NCBI GenBank assembly: GCA_964270895.1 | Contig: OZ185436.1 | Strand: one strand, 5' to 3' | DNA from: Podarcis filfolensis | Taxonomy: Eukaryota | Length of the DNA: 64,000 nucleotides | Part shown: positions 49,736 to 62,640 of the stretch, piece by piece | Layout of the letters: each line of letters opens with the position of its first letter | How positions within the stretch are numbered: position 1 is the stretch's first letter | The notes under the pieces: generated by a model | Told to the model about the DNA's origin: nothing | The model's input: the letters and a program-made list of their open reading frames with translations, nothing else | Databases searched by the model: none | Translations under genes and position numbers: made by a program

Positions 49736-50939
49736 TAACAGGTATAAAAATCTTCATTGTAGTCAGAAGGATCTAGCAAGATCTGCTAGGCATTGCAGCT
49801 GGTCACAGTCATCTGTGTGAATTCAGATACAAGATGGAATGTACAGTAACAAACACTCATTATAGAATGTAGTACAACGATAGAAAATGGATCGGTTCAT
49901 TATAGCTCTATTATTTTCTTATAGCTTCAAGTAAAAGCAAATGCAAGTGGGCTAGACGTGAACTAATAAGGTTGTTCTAATTTTGCTATAAAATGCAAGC
50001 TGTTTTCCCACAGAGCTGTCTCCTGATTCCTGTGACAGAACAAATACAGGAACCCATTTTTTCTGTTAAAATAATAAGTGTATTATTTTCAATAGCAAAG
50101 ACGCATGGAAAACATTAAACGTTGTCAAGCAATCTGCCCACGGTTAGACACAGTAAATATTTCTTGTGAAGGACACTAGTGAAATGTGAATATTTGTCAT
50201 TTTTGTTGCTGCATAGTCCCCTGAGTACAGGATGAAGAGTTTTTGCAGAATGCTTAAAAGGCCATTAGTGGACCCACTGTGGTTCATCACCTTGCATTTC
50301 CCAAGCACGGGGGTGGGGGGGTGGGGGAGATGTGATGTGAAAGCAGAACATTCAGCTACCACTTCAAAAACATTTCCTGTATTATATTGACATTTCTATA
50401 GAGCTTTTCATAAATGACATCTCTGAGGATTTTACAGATCCACAAGTTATCTGCCTTTAGTGGGTTTTGTGGGTCAATGTTTGCTCTCACAAGCACGCAC
50501 AATGCATACTGCATTTGTTGAAAGCCACCCAAGAAGAGGAGGGAAACTTGGCCCTCATTAAAGGAAAAATTAAACTAGCACAATGCAATTTGCTTCTAGA
50601 TTCCTCACACTGGTGATCAAGTGTATCATTCACAACAAACACATTAGCTTCTCCAAAAGGAAACATTTAACCACACTGCTAAAGATTAATAATTGCTTCA
50701 ATGTGGGGCTTTCCATTGCTGCTAACAAAATAACTAGGCAGGACATGTCTCTGCAGAGCAGACAGGTGGTTATTTGCTTCAAAACACAAATATTTTCTGC
50801 AACAAATACTAAAAGTAAAAAATAAAACAGTGCATTTAACCATCATAAATGTTAGATGGAAGGTTGCTTCTGAGTTTTCTTTTTGGATTTTTTGTGGCAT
50901 CCATTTCTGAGGACATAAAAAGTGATCCGGAGTGGTTTC

Positions 50940-51300
50940 ATGCATATTTATTTTATTTATCTGTGTACCCACTTTTCAGAGCAAAAAGCCTTCAGAAAGC
51001 AATTTAAAAGAATAAATTGGAATAAATACAAGTTAAAACCAATTAAATATAGCAAGCAATACAAAAAACAACAAGCCAACAGCTATATAAAACAGGAGTC
51101 CAATATGACAGTTAAAAGGCCTTCAGACTCAGGCTAGTCTTTAGCACATACCTAAAGTCTGTGAGTGAGGGGGCTGGCAAATCTCACTAGGTAGTGAGAT
51201 ACACAGTCAGGGAGCCACCCCTGAGAGGACCCTGTTTCTAGTATTTCTGATAATGGCAGGGCCAAGGCAAGACCTTAGATACTAATCTCAAGATAGATTC
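50940..51300 (-). mobile_element. Degenerate L2-like 3' fragment
   Basis: (TTTA)n tail on the + strand plus L2-like 3'UTR motifs; highly diverged. Confidence 0.4.
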
Positions 51301-51724
51301 ACATGAATGGGATGTTCCATATTGATGAACAAAATTACAACTACTTTACCATTGTTACATGTGGTGGTATTATTTATATATATGGTGCATCTGCTGGTGC
51401 ACCAACTGCAACCTTCTCTGGAAAGTTCAGACAGTAACCCATGCCCTTCTCACAGGCAAGCTAGGCTTGACTATTGAAATGTGGGGGGGGGTTGGGGTTG
51501 GGGGGACTGCCTTTAACATGACTCAGAAACTTTTAACTAGTTCAGAATGTAGCCACATGAATCCTGATGGGTGCTAGTATTTGCGTCATAGGACACCATT
51601 ATTGTGCCACTTGCACTGGTTGCTGGTGTGCTTTCCAAGCCCAATTTGCCAATTTTAACTTTTAAAACCTTAGAGGGATTGGATCCAAGTAATTTGAAGG
51701 ACCAAGTTCACTAATACCAATCTT

Positions 51725-52155
51725 TTCACATGTTATGGCCAACAACTGAGGCCATTCTCACTTGCATGCCACCAAGATGGTGGGCACAATGTGGAGGGCT
51801 TTCTCCGTGATAGCCCATGACTCCAGAATTCACTGCCAGCTGGCTGCTATACAGTTAGTACTGTTTATAAATAAAAAATTATTATTATTATTATTAGGTC
51901 TTCAGAAAGGCCTTGACAACCCGCTTAGTCTCAATGGCTTATTTATACCTTATGCTGCCCTTGCACTTCTGCAAATTATGTTTTATTCCTGGGATGCATG
52001 TGTATTTATTATTATGGCTTTTATTAATGTTGTGAGCTTTATTGGAAGTTTTAGTATTGTATTCTGTTTTAATATTTTCAGAAAATGTTTTATGTGTTAT
52101 TGTGTAAGCCACTTGGAGAGGATTTTAGTCATAAAGGCAACCTATAAATATTTTT
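51725..52155 (+). mobile_element. Degenerate L2 3' end with internal (TTA)n
   Basis: RAFSVIA...NSLP-like translation, T-rich UTR, TGTAAGCCACTT...TATAAAT terminal motif. Confidence 0.55.
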
Positions 52156-53782
52156 AAATCAGTTGTAGAAGGCTGATTAAAACTCTAACAAAAACTGTGC
52201 TACAGCATGGACAAATTCCGTAGCCTCTCCCCCTTTATTGCCAGCACATGTGACAGCCACAAGTCTTCCCCCACCCCAGTGATACCCTGATCTTCATCTA
52301 TGAAATATTGATCGGTGTATGACCAAGATGGAGATGAATCTTTAACCCCAACATTGAAAAATGTGCACCCATAATAGCCAAATGAGTATTCTGTATGTAT
52401 GAAACGTGTGGATGTAGATGAAACACATGCTAAGCCCATTCTTCTGCTGTGAAGTAAATGCGTTCATTCTCCACACTCTCAATACAGTAGTCACAATGAA
52501 GGACTACTAAGCACCAAGAGAGGAAAAGCTGGTTGATGATACAAGGTATAACAAGAATGGGATGTTTATATTTAGTAAAATGAATCACAGTGCAATTCTA
52601 AGTGCTTTTACTCATAAGTAAATTATGCTGTGTTTAATTGTATTACTCCTAAGTAACTAGATAAGAGTCCCTTCTAAGCAAAATACATGGGATTGCACTA
52701 CATAATATTAACTTATTTATGTACTGCTTTTCAGTCAGGATTGGCTCTCACACCAGGTTCCAGTTAAAACCCACATAAAGGTACAATATAATTAAGGATA
52801 TATTTGGCATATGTCAGGAAGTCTCTTCTGGTTTTGGCAGCTGGTGATACAGTCCAGGCTCTTCCCTTTGAATCAAGAGGGTCAGAGCAGAAGGTGCTAT
52901 ATAGATAGACTGGCAGAGGGTAAATAGGCAGCATCTGTAGCTTGACATTTTTGTGAATCCACTGTCTGGCCAGCATATTGCCAGTGGGACAAAAAGTTTC
53001 TCTTCTATCAGGATATGGCTTAAGCCACATTTAACCCCAATGAAATGTAACTTGGCATATGAGGTTTTAACTTATTAAAAAGGAGCCAGAAGAGACGTGC
53101 TTACACTATGCACTCACCAACAACTTAATACATAGGCATATCAGAAGGAGCTGCAGAAGAAATCTTGACGCCCAGGCAAATGATCCTCATGAGACCTCAA
53201 CACACACACACTGCTTAGCCCGTGCGTGAGAAAGAGGGATTGGGGGGAAAGCTGTGTGTGTGTCTATGCAAGAGGGATCTCAGGCTTCACCGGCCTCTGG
53301 CATGTATTCCTGGTCTACACTAACCGGCAAAATCTTTGCAGGGTTTCAGAGAAGAATATTTCCCAGCCTTACCTGGAGATGAAAGAGGCTGGACCCAGGA
53401 CCTTCTGAATGTGCAGCTTTAGCACTGATTTTGGCCCTTCCACCGGAGCAAGGCAAGGTGAATTATGCGGACTTGAGGGGACTTGGGTCCCAAAGAAATG
53501 TGGGTTGCGCGAAGCCTGAGGGGATTTCTAGCTCTCATCAGAGAAGTGAATTTGTGAGGCAATTTCCTCCTAAAATGATGGGGAGGAGTGGAGTGTCGTT
53601 AACTATTATGTCAACGTGTGGAAGGCACAGCATAATGCGGGAAGGAAAAGGGGGCTTATGGCTGGGAAATGGAATGGCCGGTGTGAGGTAATTGGACAGA
53701 GCGAAGGAGTGATTTGCTTGACGGGTGTTGCTGCCCTGCTTTTGCTCCCTTGGAAGAGGGTATAATAATAACACTGAGCTTC

Positions 53783-54240
53783 AGTACTGGAAGACGCAAG
53801 AACTACCCACACTGGAAGAATGGCAGATGAAGGTGATAGACTATATGGGCTTGGCAGAAATGACGAGCAGAATCCGAAACCAGGGAAGAGAAGCAGCGCA
53901 AGAAGAATGGAAAAAATTCAAGGACTATTTAAAGAAATATTACAAAGTTAATGAAAGTTAGAATGATGTTGGACTGGAAAGTAAATGGTTACTATTAGTA
54001 ATGGTTAAGACAAGGAGAATAAGGAAGAATAGTCTAAATTTAAATTAAAATAAGGGAAGATTTGCTGAACAATCGATAAGAATTTGGAATACAGAAAGGG
54101 GAGGCATGAGGAAGTCGGGGAAGATAGGATATGAAATTAGGATATGAAATGATACATGTTTTTTGTTTTGTTTTTGTTTTTGTATGTTTATGTTTGTTGT
54201 ATTGTGTTTATATGGAAAAATAAAAATATTATAAAAAAAA
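53783..54240 (+). mobile_element. 5'-truncated L1 LINE insertion (ORF2 C-terminus, 3'UTR, A-tail)
   Basis: 17-bp perfect TSD TAATAACACTGAGCTTC (53766-53782, 54241-54257); frame YWKTQELPTLEEWQMKVIDYMGLAEMTSRIRNQ...EEWKKFKDYL resembles squamate L1 ORF2 end; AATAAA at 54219 then A-run. Confidence 0.9.
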
Positions 54241-54399
54241 TAATAACACTGAGCTTCGATCGACTGGTAACGGCGGAGGAGAAAGGGTCAGTTTCTGTTG
54301 GGAGCACACACACACACACACACCAGTCCTGCCTCAGTGTCCAATGAGTGTGTGGAGGGGGGAGGGGTAAAGCAATATAAGGAAGATACATATAGATGT

Positions 54400-55560
54400 G
54401 GAGCTGGTTCGCAGGCTGCCTTTTCCCTTTTCGACTGTTCAGCTCCCCAAGAACAGCGACCGCGCTGCCGCCTCTTCCTCAGCATCCAGCGCAACCCAAC
54501 TATTTTTAAACTAGCCCCGCCTCCGCTGCCTCAGTCCCTGACTGTAACGCTCGCGCACCCTCCCCTAGGAGTGGGTGTGACTTTTCACTCGAGTTCCCTC
54601 CCACCTCCTCGTGGCGGTGCGTGGGGGGAGGAGGGAGAGAGGACGAGGGCGAGCAACGGGTTGGCGCAGTGCGCCTGCGCACGCGGCGCGAGAAACTACC
54701 CGGCAGGTTGCGGTTGGTGGTTCGGCCGTAAGAACCCGCCCGGGCGCTGCCGGCTGCCGTTGTTTCCAAGCTGAGGGGGGAAAGGGAAAGGCTTGACGGT
54801 TGCTCGGTGGGTGGGGCTGCTGGCGCCGCGAGCTCCCTTTCGGCTGTTGGTCGCGCGGCCGGACTGAGCGAGGGGGGTGGGGGTGGGAAGAGGAAGAGGA
54901 GGGACCCGCGAAGCGGCCGGAGCCGAGTCGGCCTCCATGGAGCTTCCGCGGCTCCTGACTCCGCCGCAGTCGACCGCCTGGGGCTGGGGAGGGTCTGTGG
55001 AGGCTGCGCGCGAAACTGGGCTCCGCCTCGGGACCCGACAGCAAGCCTGAGGAGGGCCGAAGGCTCCGGGGCGGCCGAAGCAGCGGCGCCGAAGCGATCT
55101 CCTTGCCGAGCCGCAGGCTGTCCTGGAAGCGGCGGCGGCGGCACCGTTCGCCTTCTGTCTCTCTGTGCCCCTCGGGCGGAGCGGCGACGCTGAGTGACTG
55201 CTTCCCCCCCTCGGACGAGACTGTCGGCCGCTCCTTCCCCGCGGCCGCCCCCGGAGATACGAAGCCCCGCCGGAGCGACCGCCGCCACCTGCGCTTCTCT
55301 GCCTACCTTCATCCATCTCCTTGGCAGAAAGCGAAGCCCCAGGAGGCGAGCGGGCAGGCCCAGAGCTGCCCCTCTCTTCGGGAATCGAGTGACGGACTGC
55401 TCGGCCTCTGGAGCCCCATCCTCTGCTTTTAAAGCATTTGGATCCCACTGCCCCCCCTTCCTCGTCTCCTTCGAATAAGCTGTTGTGTGTCGTCTTCCTT
55501 GCAGCTGCTGTAGAGCTTAGGTTATTATCCCGGCTTCTTCGTTCGGATTCGTTTCCACCT
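54400..55560 (+). promoter_or_regulatory. RNF130: CpG-island promoter of RNF130
   Basis: Dense CpGs; GC box CCCCGCCTCC near 54515; NRF1-like TGCGCCTGCGCA at 54670-54681; no TATA. Confidence 0.88.
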
Positions 55561-55798
55561 TTTAAAACCCGATATATTTTTTAAAAAATCTCCTTTCCCC
55601 CACCATCCATATCATTTTAAGCTTCCTCCGGTGGCTGAATGTATGGAAAGGACTAGGCACCCAGGGTGGCTCTCTTGCTTCTTGTAGCGATTCTAATTCC
55701 TTTTTATTGTGATATGGAATAACATGAATTTATGCACACAATAATCTTTTGTTCAAGAGACGTTTTGAAGATAAAATTTACATTTTTTAGGGCTGAAA

Positions 55799-56057
55799 AT
55801 GTTCCTAAAGTGGGTTTTGCCTTATTGGAGCTATTTATCCTCTGTGCCCATTTTGGTCCTGTTTAATTGTTACACTCTTCCAGCTAGTGCAGATAATGCT
55901 AGTCAAGCATATTATACAGCCCTCATAAATGTGACTGTACTGAGTCCTGATCGTTCAACACCTACTTTGCTGATACTTGAGCGTGGGCGCTATGGACAAG
56001 ATTCTCCCAAAGTAGCTGTCAGAGGCCAACTTTTGGCACCTCTGCCAATCAATGGAG
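55799..56057 (+). CDS. RNF130: RNF130 (Goliath, PA-TM-RING E3 ligase) first coding exon: signal peptide and start of PA domain
   Basis: ASA|[16 protein letters not shown]...[27 protein letters not shown] matches RNF130 (human [17 protein letters not shown]...[23 protein letters not shown]); phase-1 donor G|gtaagg; next exon not in window. Confidence 0.93.
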
Positions 56058-57254
56058 GTAAGGATTTCCTTTGGTTCTTTCTCTTTAGTTTAAATGAGGC
56101 TTTGGTTTGTTAAGCTTTCCTTACAGTGCACATTAAAATTTTCACAAAAACTATCAAACCCTCTGCCTTCTCCCTTGCCCATTGGTTCTGATTGGGTTTC
56201 CGTAATTCCTTATTTAAGCAATCTGTAACTATGAAAGTCAGTTCGTGGACTGACCTGTGAAGTACATTTGGGTGAATGTAGTACAATTTTACACATTTTT
56301 TTAGGTGTACACCTAAAATACATACACACGTTGAAAACACATGTATCATAGGCACTCCTTTTCAGCCTACTGGGAACTGCCTGTCAAGTTGCCCTTCAGA
56401 AGTAAATCTGAGTTTGCTGCCATGTAATGTGTGAAATGGCTCTTTGTGAGTATTCAAGGGCATTGAACACAAGATTGATTCGAAGCCTCTCACAATCTAG
56501 TATGGTATCACACTAGGTTCAGCCAACAGGCAAGAAGTGGTGGTTTCTGCATCTGCTGCAAATTTCTACAGCCTTCCAGGTTTGAATTATAATAGTGGCA
56601 AGGTTCTTCCCTCTAAGGAGGTAGGCAACATATCAGGGAACTAATTGCAAGCAATCTGACTGGATGCCATCTGGCCCTCGAAAACAAAGCTGAGACTAAG
56701 GCCAGTCAGTCTTAGCTTTAGTGTTTAACTTGCTTTAAAGTGAAGTTCCATCTGGAACAGGCAGTCCCACCAATAGCAGCTCTCTATAAAAAGAATGTTT
56801 TTCCTAGTCCTTTGAAAGTTAATCCATTAATTACTGTTACATTAATTTAGACACATGAGTAAGTCTTTTTAAAAAAATCTCAACCTGACAGTCTCTTGAG
56901 TACCTTTTTAGTTCTGAAAGACCTTGGAGCAATAAAGTTCTCTTCTACCTGATAGCATAAATTGATGCTTAAGATTTGTTTTAAGTTGTGTAAGAGTGTT
57001 TTGTATATATTTAGCAGATTCTTATACACAGTAGCTTGATTTTTTGTCACAGTTGAAAACTTGCTTAGAAAAAATGGTTGCTCTGGAATGTAAGCATAAG
57101 ACATACATTAAGTATGCAGTGTTATAGCTATTGTAAAGTGGAAAGTGCTATAGAACTAATTTTTAAAATTGCAATTAGGACATACATGTAAGCATTAAGT
57201 GGTGAATAAGTTCTAATTTAGTACTTCTGTGCAGTTAATTGTCAGCACTCTGAG

Positions 57255-57340
57255 TTATGTGATCTTATGCATGTTTGCTCATAAGCAAGTCTCATTGTAG
57301 GACTTACTCCTAGGTATATGTGTATAGTATTGCAGCCTTA
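57255..57340. repeat. ~90-bp palindromic lizard MITE-like repeat (CAATCCTAT...AAGTCCCATTG...GGACTTACTCC...ATTGCAGCC)
   Basis: Self-complementary layout; diverged copies at ~23065-23135, 36185-36245, 43720-43815, 52590-52700. Confidence 0.5.
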
Positions 57341-60300
57341 GGCCTGTATCATTTTCTACTTCCTATTTTTTCTTCATACCTCACCTTCTGTTTAATTTTC
57401 TTCTTCTTTTGTGCTCTTTGCATGTTAACAGTTTGCCTAAAACCTTGCGTAATTCATCTAAATACTGTAGGTTTTTCCTTTTTCGTCCTGTGAAACTAAC
57501 ATTACGTGCATGCTGAGAATGACATGCCCTAAACATTTAAAAAGATTATTTGGAACAAATTTAATAGAAAACAATACGTAGTTGTTTGAGGTTATAGATG
57601 TTCTTCGTTTTATGCTGTCTTGACTGTTAAGGACCTATTGATAGTACAATTTAGATTCAGGTATATCTGAATGTCCAAGGAATAGACATGGGCACAAAGC
57701 ATTTTCAGCCATAATTATTTATCTGGATGCAGCTTTAGTTAGCTTTTCTGCATCCAGTCTCCAATTCTAGCCAGACAGAGTGAACATTTGCAGGACAAGA
57801 ACTGATTGACATAAACGTATTGAATACTCTAAAGTCTGTATAAATATACAGTACTCCAAACCGAAAGGTGGGGGACCATAGTGAATAGCATCTTGTACAT
57901 GGACAGCAATTCAGAAATAATAAGAAGTAGGACACAGAGTGCTTCTGCATTGTACCATTTGGGAAGAGTGGGGTGTAAGTATGAGGTCCACAAATTAGTG
58001 ACATTTCATACCTCTCATATGGACAGTTTGTGCCTCTGAAGGACAGTTTACGTCTCTGAAGTTATCTATTTTGACTCTTCTTTCCATCACTCTTTCCATC
58101 ACTTCCTCTTTCCATCACAGGAATAGGTTTCTCCTTATTTGGGGGTGGGGTGGAATAAAAAAGGCAGAACTTGAATAATTTTTAGGGGCACTTTTTTACT
58201 GAACCCCTATTCCAGTTGGCTTTATTTTATTTAAAGAATTTTAAAACTGTTTTAAAACAATTCTTTCATCTGTTGTTTGTATGCTACTTTTCTGATACTG
58301 AATGGAAAATAGTGTGGCTAAACAGCTTATAGACTGCTAGAAAAGTGGTTTTATTTTAAAATAGAAAACGACTACTTTCAATTAGTCAGCATTATAGGTT
58401 ATGAAATTTCACCCCTCCAAATTACTGCAGTTTAAAAATGGTATAATCATTAAAATTTGGTATCATGATCATTTACCAACCTAGTCCAATATTACTGGGA
58501 AAGCTAAATACACAGCAGCCATTAACTATTTACCACTTTTTTTTCTTGTGTGTTGCTCTATTTAGGCTGTTCTATATCAGATGCGTTGTCTTTAAGCAGT
58601 TAATATGAGAGTGAAATTGAAGTCACACATTTCAGAATAGGCATGTAAGCTGCTGTATGTAGCTTATTTTTAGTATTTTGAGTGTCAGTTAACCTGAATA
58701 TGTCTGATCTCAATAGTTGTACCAGGTGACCCTTTTATATCATGCATTCACTGTTGTGAGTCAACTGTGAAAATGAATACACTCTTAACACACTGATTGG
58801 GTGCTTCATAGCAAGATACATAGTAAGAGTAGGAAAGGCACTTGAAATTGTTTGCCAGTGTGTTGTGTACATCTTCTAAATGCAAGGTTCAACCTTCTAC
58901 ATCCACAGTAAATGTTCAAGTGACATTTTGTGGTGGTAAAGCAAAAGTTGGGCCCTGTGCATAGGAGTAGATGCATACCGCCAGGTGGAGATGGGCTGGC
59001 ACTTGCATGTTTCTTGATCTGTTACTATGCCTGTATGAATAATCTCTGAGAAGAATGGATTTATTTATAGCATTTATATACCATGTTCTCCAAGTAGCTG
59101 AAGATGATGTACATGCTTCTTTCCCTCCTTATTTAATTCACACAACAACCATGTGAAGTTAGGTTGAGAGGTTGAGACTGGGCCACTCAGTTTAATGGTT
59201 TAATGGTTTTGAACACTGGTCTCAGAGGTCCTAGTCTAACCACGATACCACATTCATTGTGATTAAGGATGGAAACCATCTAGATCATTTTTATTTCCAT
59301 AAGAAGTCCAAGTTCTTGAGGTAAATGACATTGTCATCAAATTTACTGTCCCTGAACTTTGGTATAGGTAGTAAAGATTATGGATATGTGTTGTAGTGCA
59401 CTGAAATTATTGCACTTGTTAAGTAAAGTGACTGAATTGAATTTCATGGATAAACTCTAGTTCTGAAGGCATTTGCAATTTGTAAGAGTATTAAGATTTG
59501 CGTGTTTCCATTTCCAGGTAAACTCCTAAATCTTTTTACTGCTGTTTTATTATAATAACTTTATATAGCGTTCTTGTATGTATTTCTCATTCTACCTGAA
59601 AGGTACCAAGTTGGGGAAGGCTGTTAAGTGTGATGGAGATCTCTACTTCTTGTTCTTTGAAATACTGTAGAGGGTTTTTTGTGTTTTGTAAAAACATTAG
59701 ATATTCCCTGACATAGTTTTCCTTTGGAAAAGTATTTCAGACAATATCTAATGTTTGCTATGGAAAACATAATTTTAATAATATGTGATGTGATGAATCC
59801 TAATCCATAAATTGTTATGTATCAGGAAAATCTTTAAAATGTTGTCAGATAGTTTTTGTTTAATAAATCAAATTTAAGGAAAACTTTATTCAAATTGAAG
59901 GCAACCATTATCTTCAAGATTAGATAACAGAGATACTCTAATTTTAAGCAAAAGAAAATTATAAAGGTCCCAAACATATTGGTATTTGTGATGACTTTTA
60001 ACTGGAATAGAACTGGAGTGGGTTATCTGGCAAAAATTACAGCTGAAGCTAGTTCTGGGTTGGCCTTGGTGTAACTGGTGTTTTTGTCAGAAGTAAGTAG
60101 TATTGTATCAGAACCATCACAGTGAAGCTTTAGTTGTTTTTCGTGGATGTGTGGATTTTTAGAGACCAGCTATTTGTGTAAACCAGTGTTTCCTATCTGG
60201 GGGCCATATGGCCCCTGGGAGGCCCCAGGATATTCCAAGGGGGGCTACAGGTGAAAATCACACAAATGGGGGGCCACAGCACAAGGCTAGGGGTCTACAG

Positions 60301-62214
60301 AGGGAACTGAGAAGTGAAGATAAAAGGAACATAAGAGATGACAGAACACAGCTAGTGAATATGTTATACTTCTTACGTGATGTCATGAATGGAGTACCTG
60401 TAACTGGTTTGAGGGTGATATGAAGGTTGTTAAAATGTTGGTCACATTGATCTGATCCCATATTTACATATAATATTTTTCAGAAGCAGAAATATTTGCA
60501 CTCGCATGCACATGCTGGCAACAAAAAGCTATGCTAAAAGTATTTATGTATCACAGATTTTAACTATGTTAAGTAAATTCTATTATTTTCTCTTGTTCCT
60601 CTTGTTCCTCTTATTATTTATTGAATTTGTTAGTCACTTTATCTTGCCAAGGGCAACCCAGAGCAACTTAAAACCCGACAGACAAAAAAACCCCACATAA
60701 GATACTTTAAAACTTAGAGGAAAAATGAAATAGATTAAAAATTTCATTTCTACTTTTGTTTTATTCCCAAAGTAGGCTGGGGCAAACTTGTGTCTGTGGG
60801 AAAAGGTGCCTGGGGAGACCTGCTTAACTGCTTCCCCTTCCCCTCTGGTCATTTTGCTCACAACTGCCTTCCCCAAGCTACTTTCCTTCCATAGGGGGAA
60901 AACATATGGGAACCCTACATCTTTTCTCTCACAACTTAAAAAAGGAGCTGAGCATGTATTATATTGAGCTAAAACAACTACTGAATGAGAAATAATTAAG
61001 CAGCTCCCCACCCCTCCCACCTTGTCCCAGACTACTTTGTGTTTAACCAGCACAAGGATGAAAGAATTCTAGAACTCCTCATAACAAGTACTTTGAGCCT
61101 CAGGTGACTAAATGTTCTGATATTGTCAATCCAAAGTAGCCTAATTTTAAACTGTTTCAATTTATAAATGTGTGTTCTAGTTCTAAGCTTTTTAGGACAT
61201 ATTTTCTCCACAGTGCTGTGAAAACTACCACATGTACTGTAGTCATATTTCTTGATACTTTGGGCAAGGTTTTGATATTAGCAGGTGGATGTTATAAGCA
61301 TTTATTTCAGTTCAAGCACTTTGGAGAGGAAAAGAGTAAGTTGTTGCACAATGCTAATTTGTTAACTATAAGCAAATAACTGCTGAGCAGTCACTGCTGC
61401 TTCCTCTTTGAATTAAGCAAATTGTACTTCCGTATTCTTCAGTAAATTTCAGTTGTAGGCAGAACTTGGGTGACTGCTGAAACTGATAACTGAGAGGAAA
61501 GGCCATAATCTGTGTTGCATCTGTCGGAAGAATTTCAGTCAAGATGGGAAGCCTATTGGACTCCCAGCTCTTTTATTTCCTTTATTACCTGATGATTGGT
61601 CATACTGGCTAGTGCTGATGGGAGTCCAAGAACATCAGTAGAGGCACAGGTTCCCTATCCTTGGCTTAGAATCACAATAATCAACATTTTTGAGACATTC
61701 CTGTAAAATAGGAATGAGTTCTCAAAAACATTTTTTTTCCAGAGAACACACATTCCGTTAAATCTAATACATGTCCCCAGTTTTGTGGTAAAACTGAGAA
61801 TGAGAGGAAACAAAATATGTTTATCAGGGAATTAACCTGAATGTTTACATGAAATTGTTAATTTGATATTGTAATTGTGAGGGGAATGCAATGTATGCTG
61901 CTAGGTGTTAGTGCTGCTTCTGTCTTTTCTCTTTATACTGATACAACATTTTTGCAACACAAGTGGACCTGCAACAAAATGTTACCTTTTAAATCCACTG
62001 TGATAGTGGGATGTTTGCACATTTATGGTCCGCCTGGTTTCTCTTTTTTGAAAGATAGTGAGTAAACTAATACTTCCATGCAATACAACCAACTCTGAAA
62101 TAAGTTCCATTGCAACAGTTTTACAGTACTGTACTTCCAAATAAGCTTAAAATTGAACAACATTGCTGTGTTAAGCAAATGCCTACATTGAATCTGTTAT
62201 ATCAGGAGTTTACT

Positions 62215-62640
62215 AAATTTGGTGTACCGCATCTGTCTGTCTGAGGGGACAGTGGAGGAGTGTACTTTTGGGGGTGAAGTCAAATTGTTGAAGAGTTACA
62301 GCACCTGCTGTGGCTGTAGAGACACTGGTATGGATGAGATGTGTTTTGTTGCAGCTGAGGCAGATGAAGCCACCCAGTTGTGCTGAGGCTGATGCCCCAT
62401 GGCGTTTCTTCTCTCTGTGCTCCTCTCAGCGGTCCTATTCCTCCTCTGGTCACTGCTGTGGATACACAACCTGACTGACTGTCTCCAGGCACTGTTGTCA
62501 TATGCTAGGGATTCCCACACAGCAGGGTTGATGTTACCAGCCTTTATGTCACATTTGCAGTCATCTTTGTAATGCAGAGTTGGTTCTTGTAATGCAGGCC
62601 TGGTGCTTGAAGCCAGCTCCCAGTAGAGCATGTCCTTGGG
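62215..62640 (-). mobile_element. RTE-clade LINE 3' fragment
   Basis: LYWELASSTRP...LHYKDDCKCDIKAGNINPAVWESLAYDNSAWRQSV matches the RTE ORF C-terminal LYGEL..GRP.LRYKD...WE.LA.DR..WR pattern. Confidence 0.85.

Noticed and set aside
52200-52439. 79-aa - strand ORF upstream of the RNF130 promoter
   Set aside because: Unrecognised peptide and no consistent splice sites.
54298-55478. Many long overlapping ORFs (up to 268 aa) on both strands in the CpG island
   Set aside because: Expected from stop-codon scarcity in very GC-rich DNA; low-complexity Arg/Pro/Ala/Gly with no recognisable domain or RNF130 similarity.
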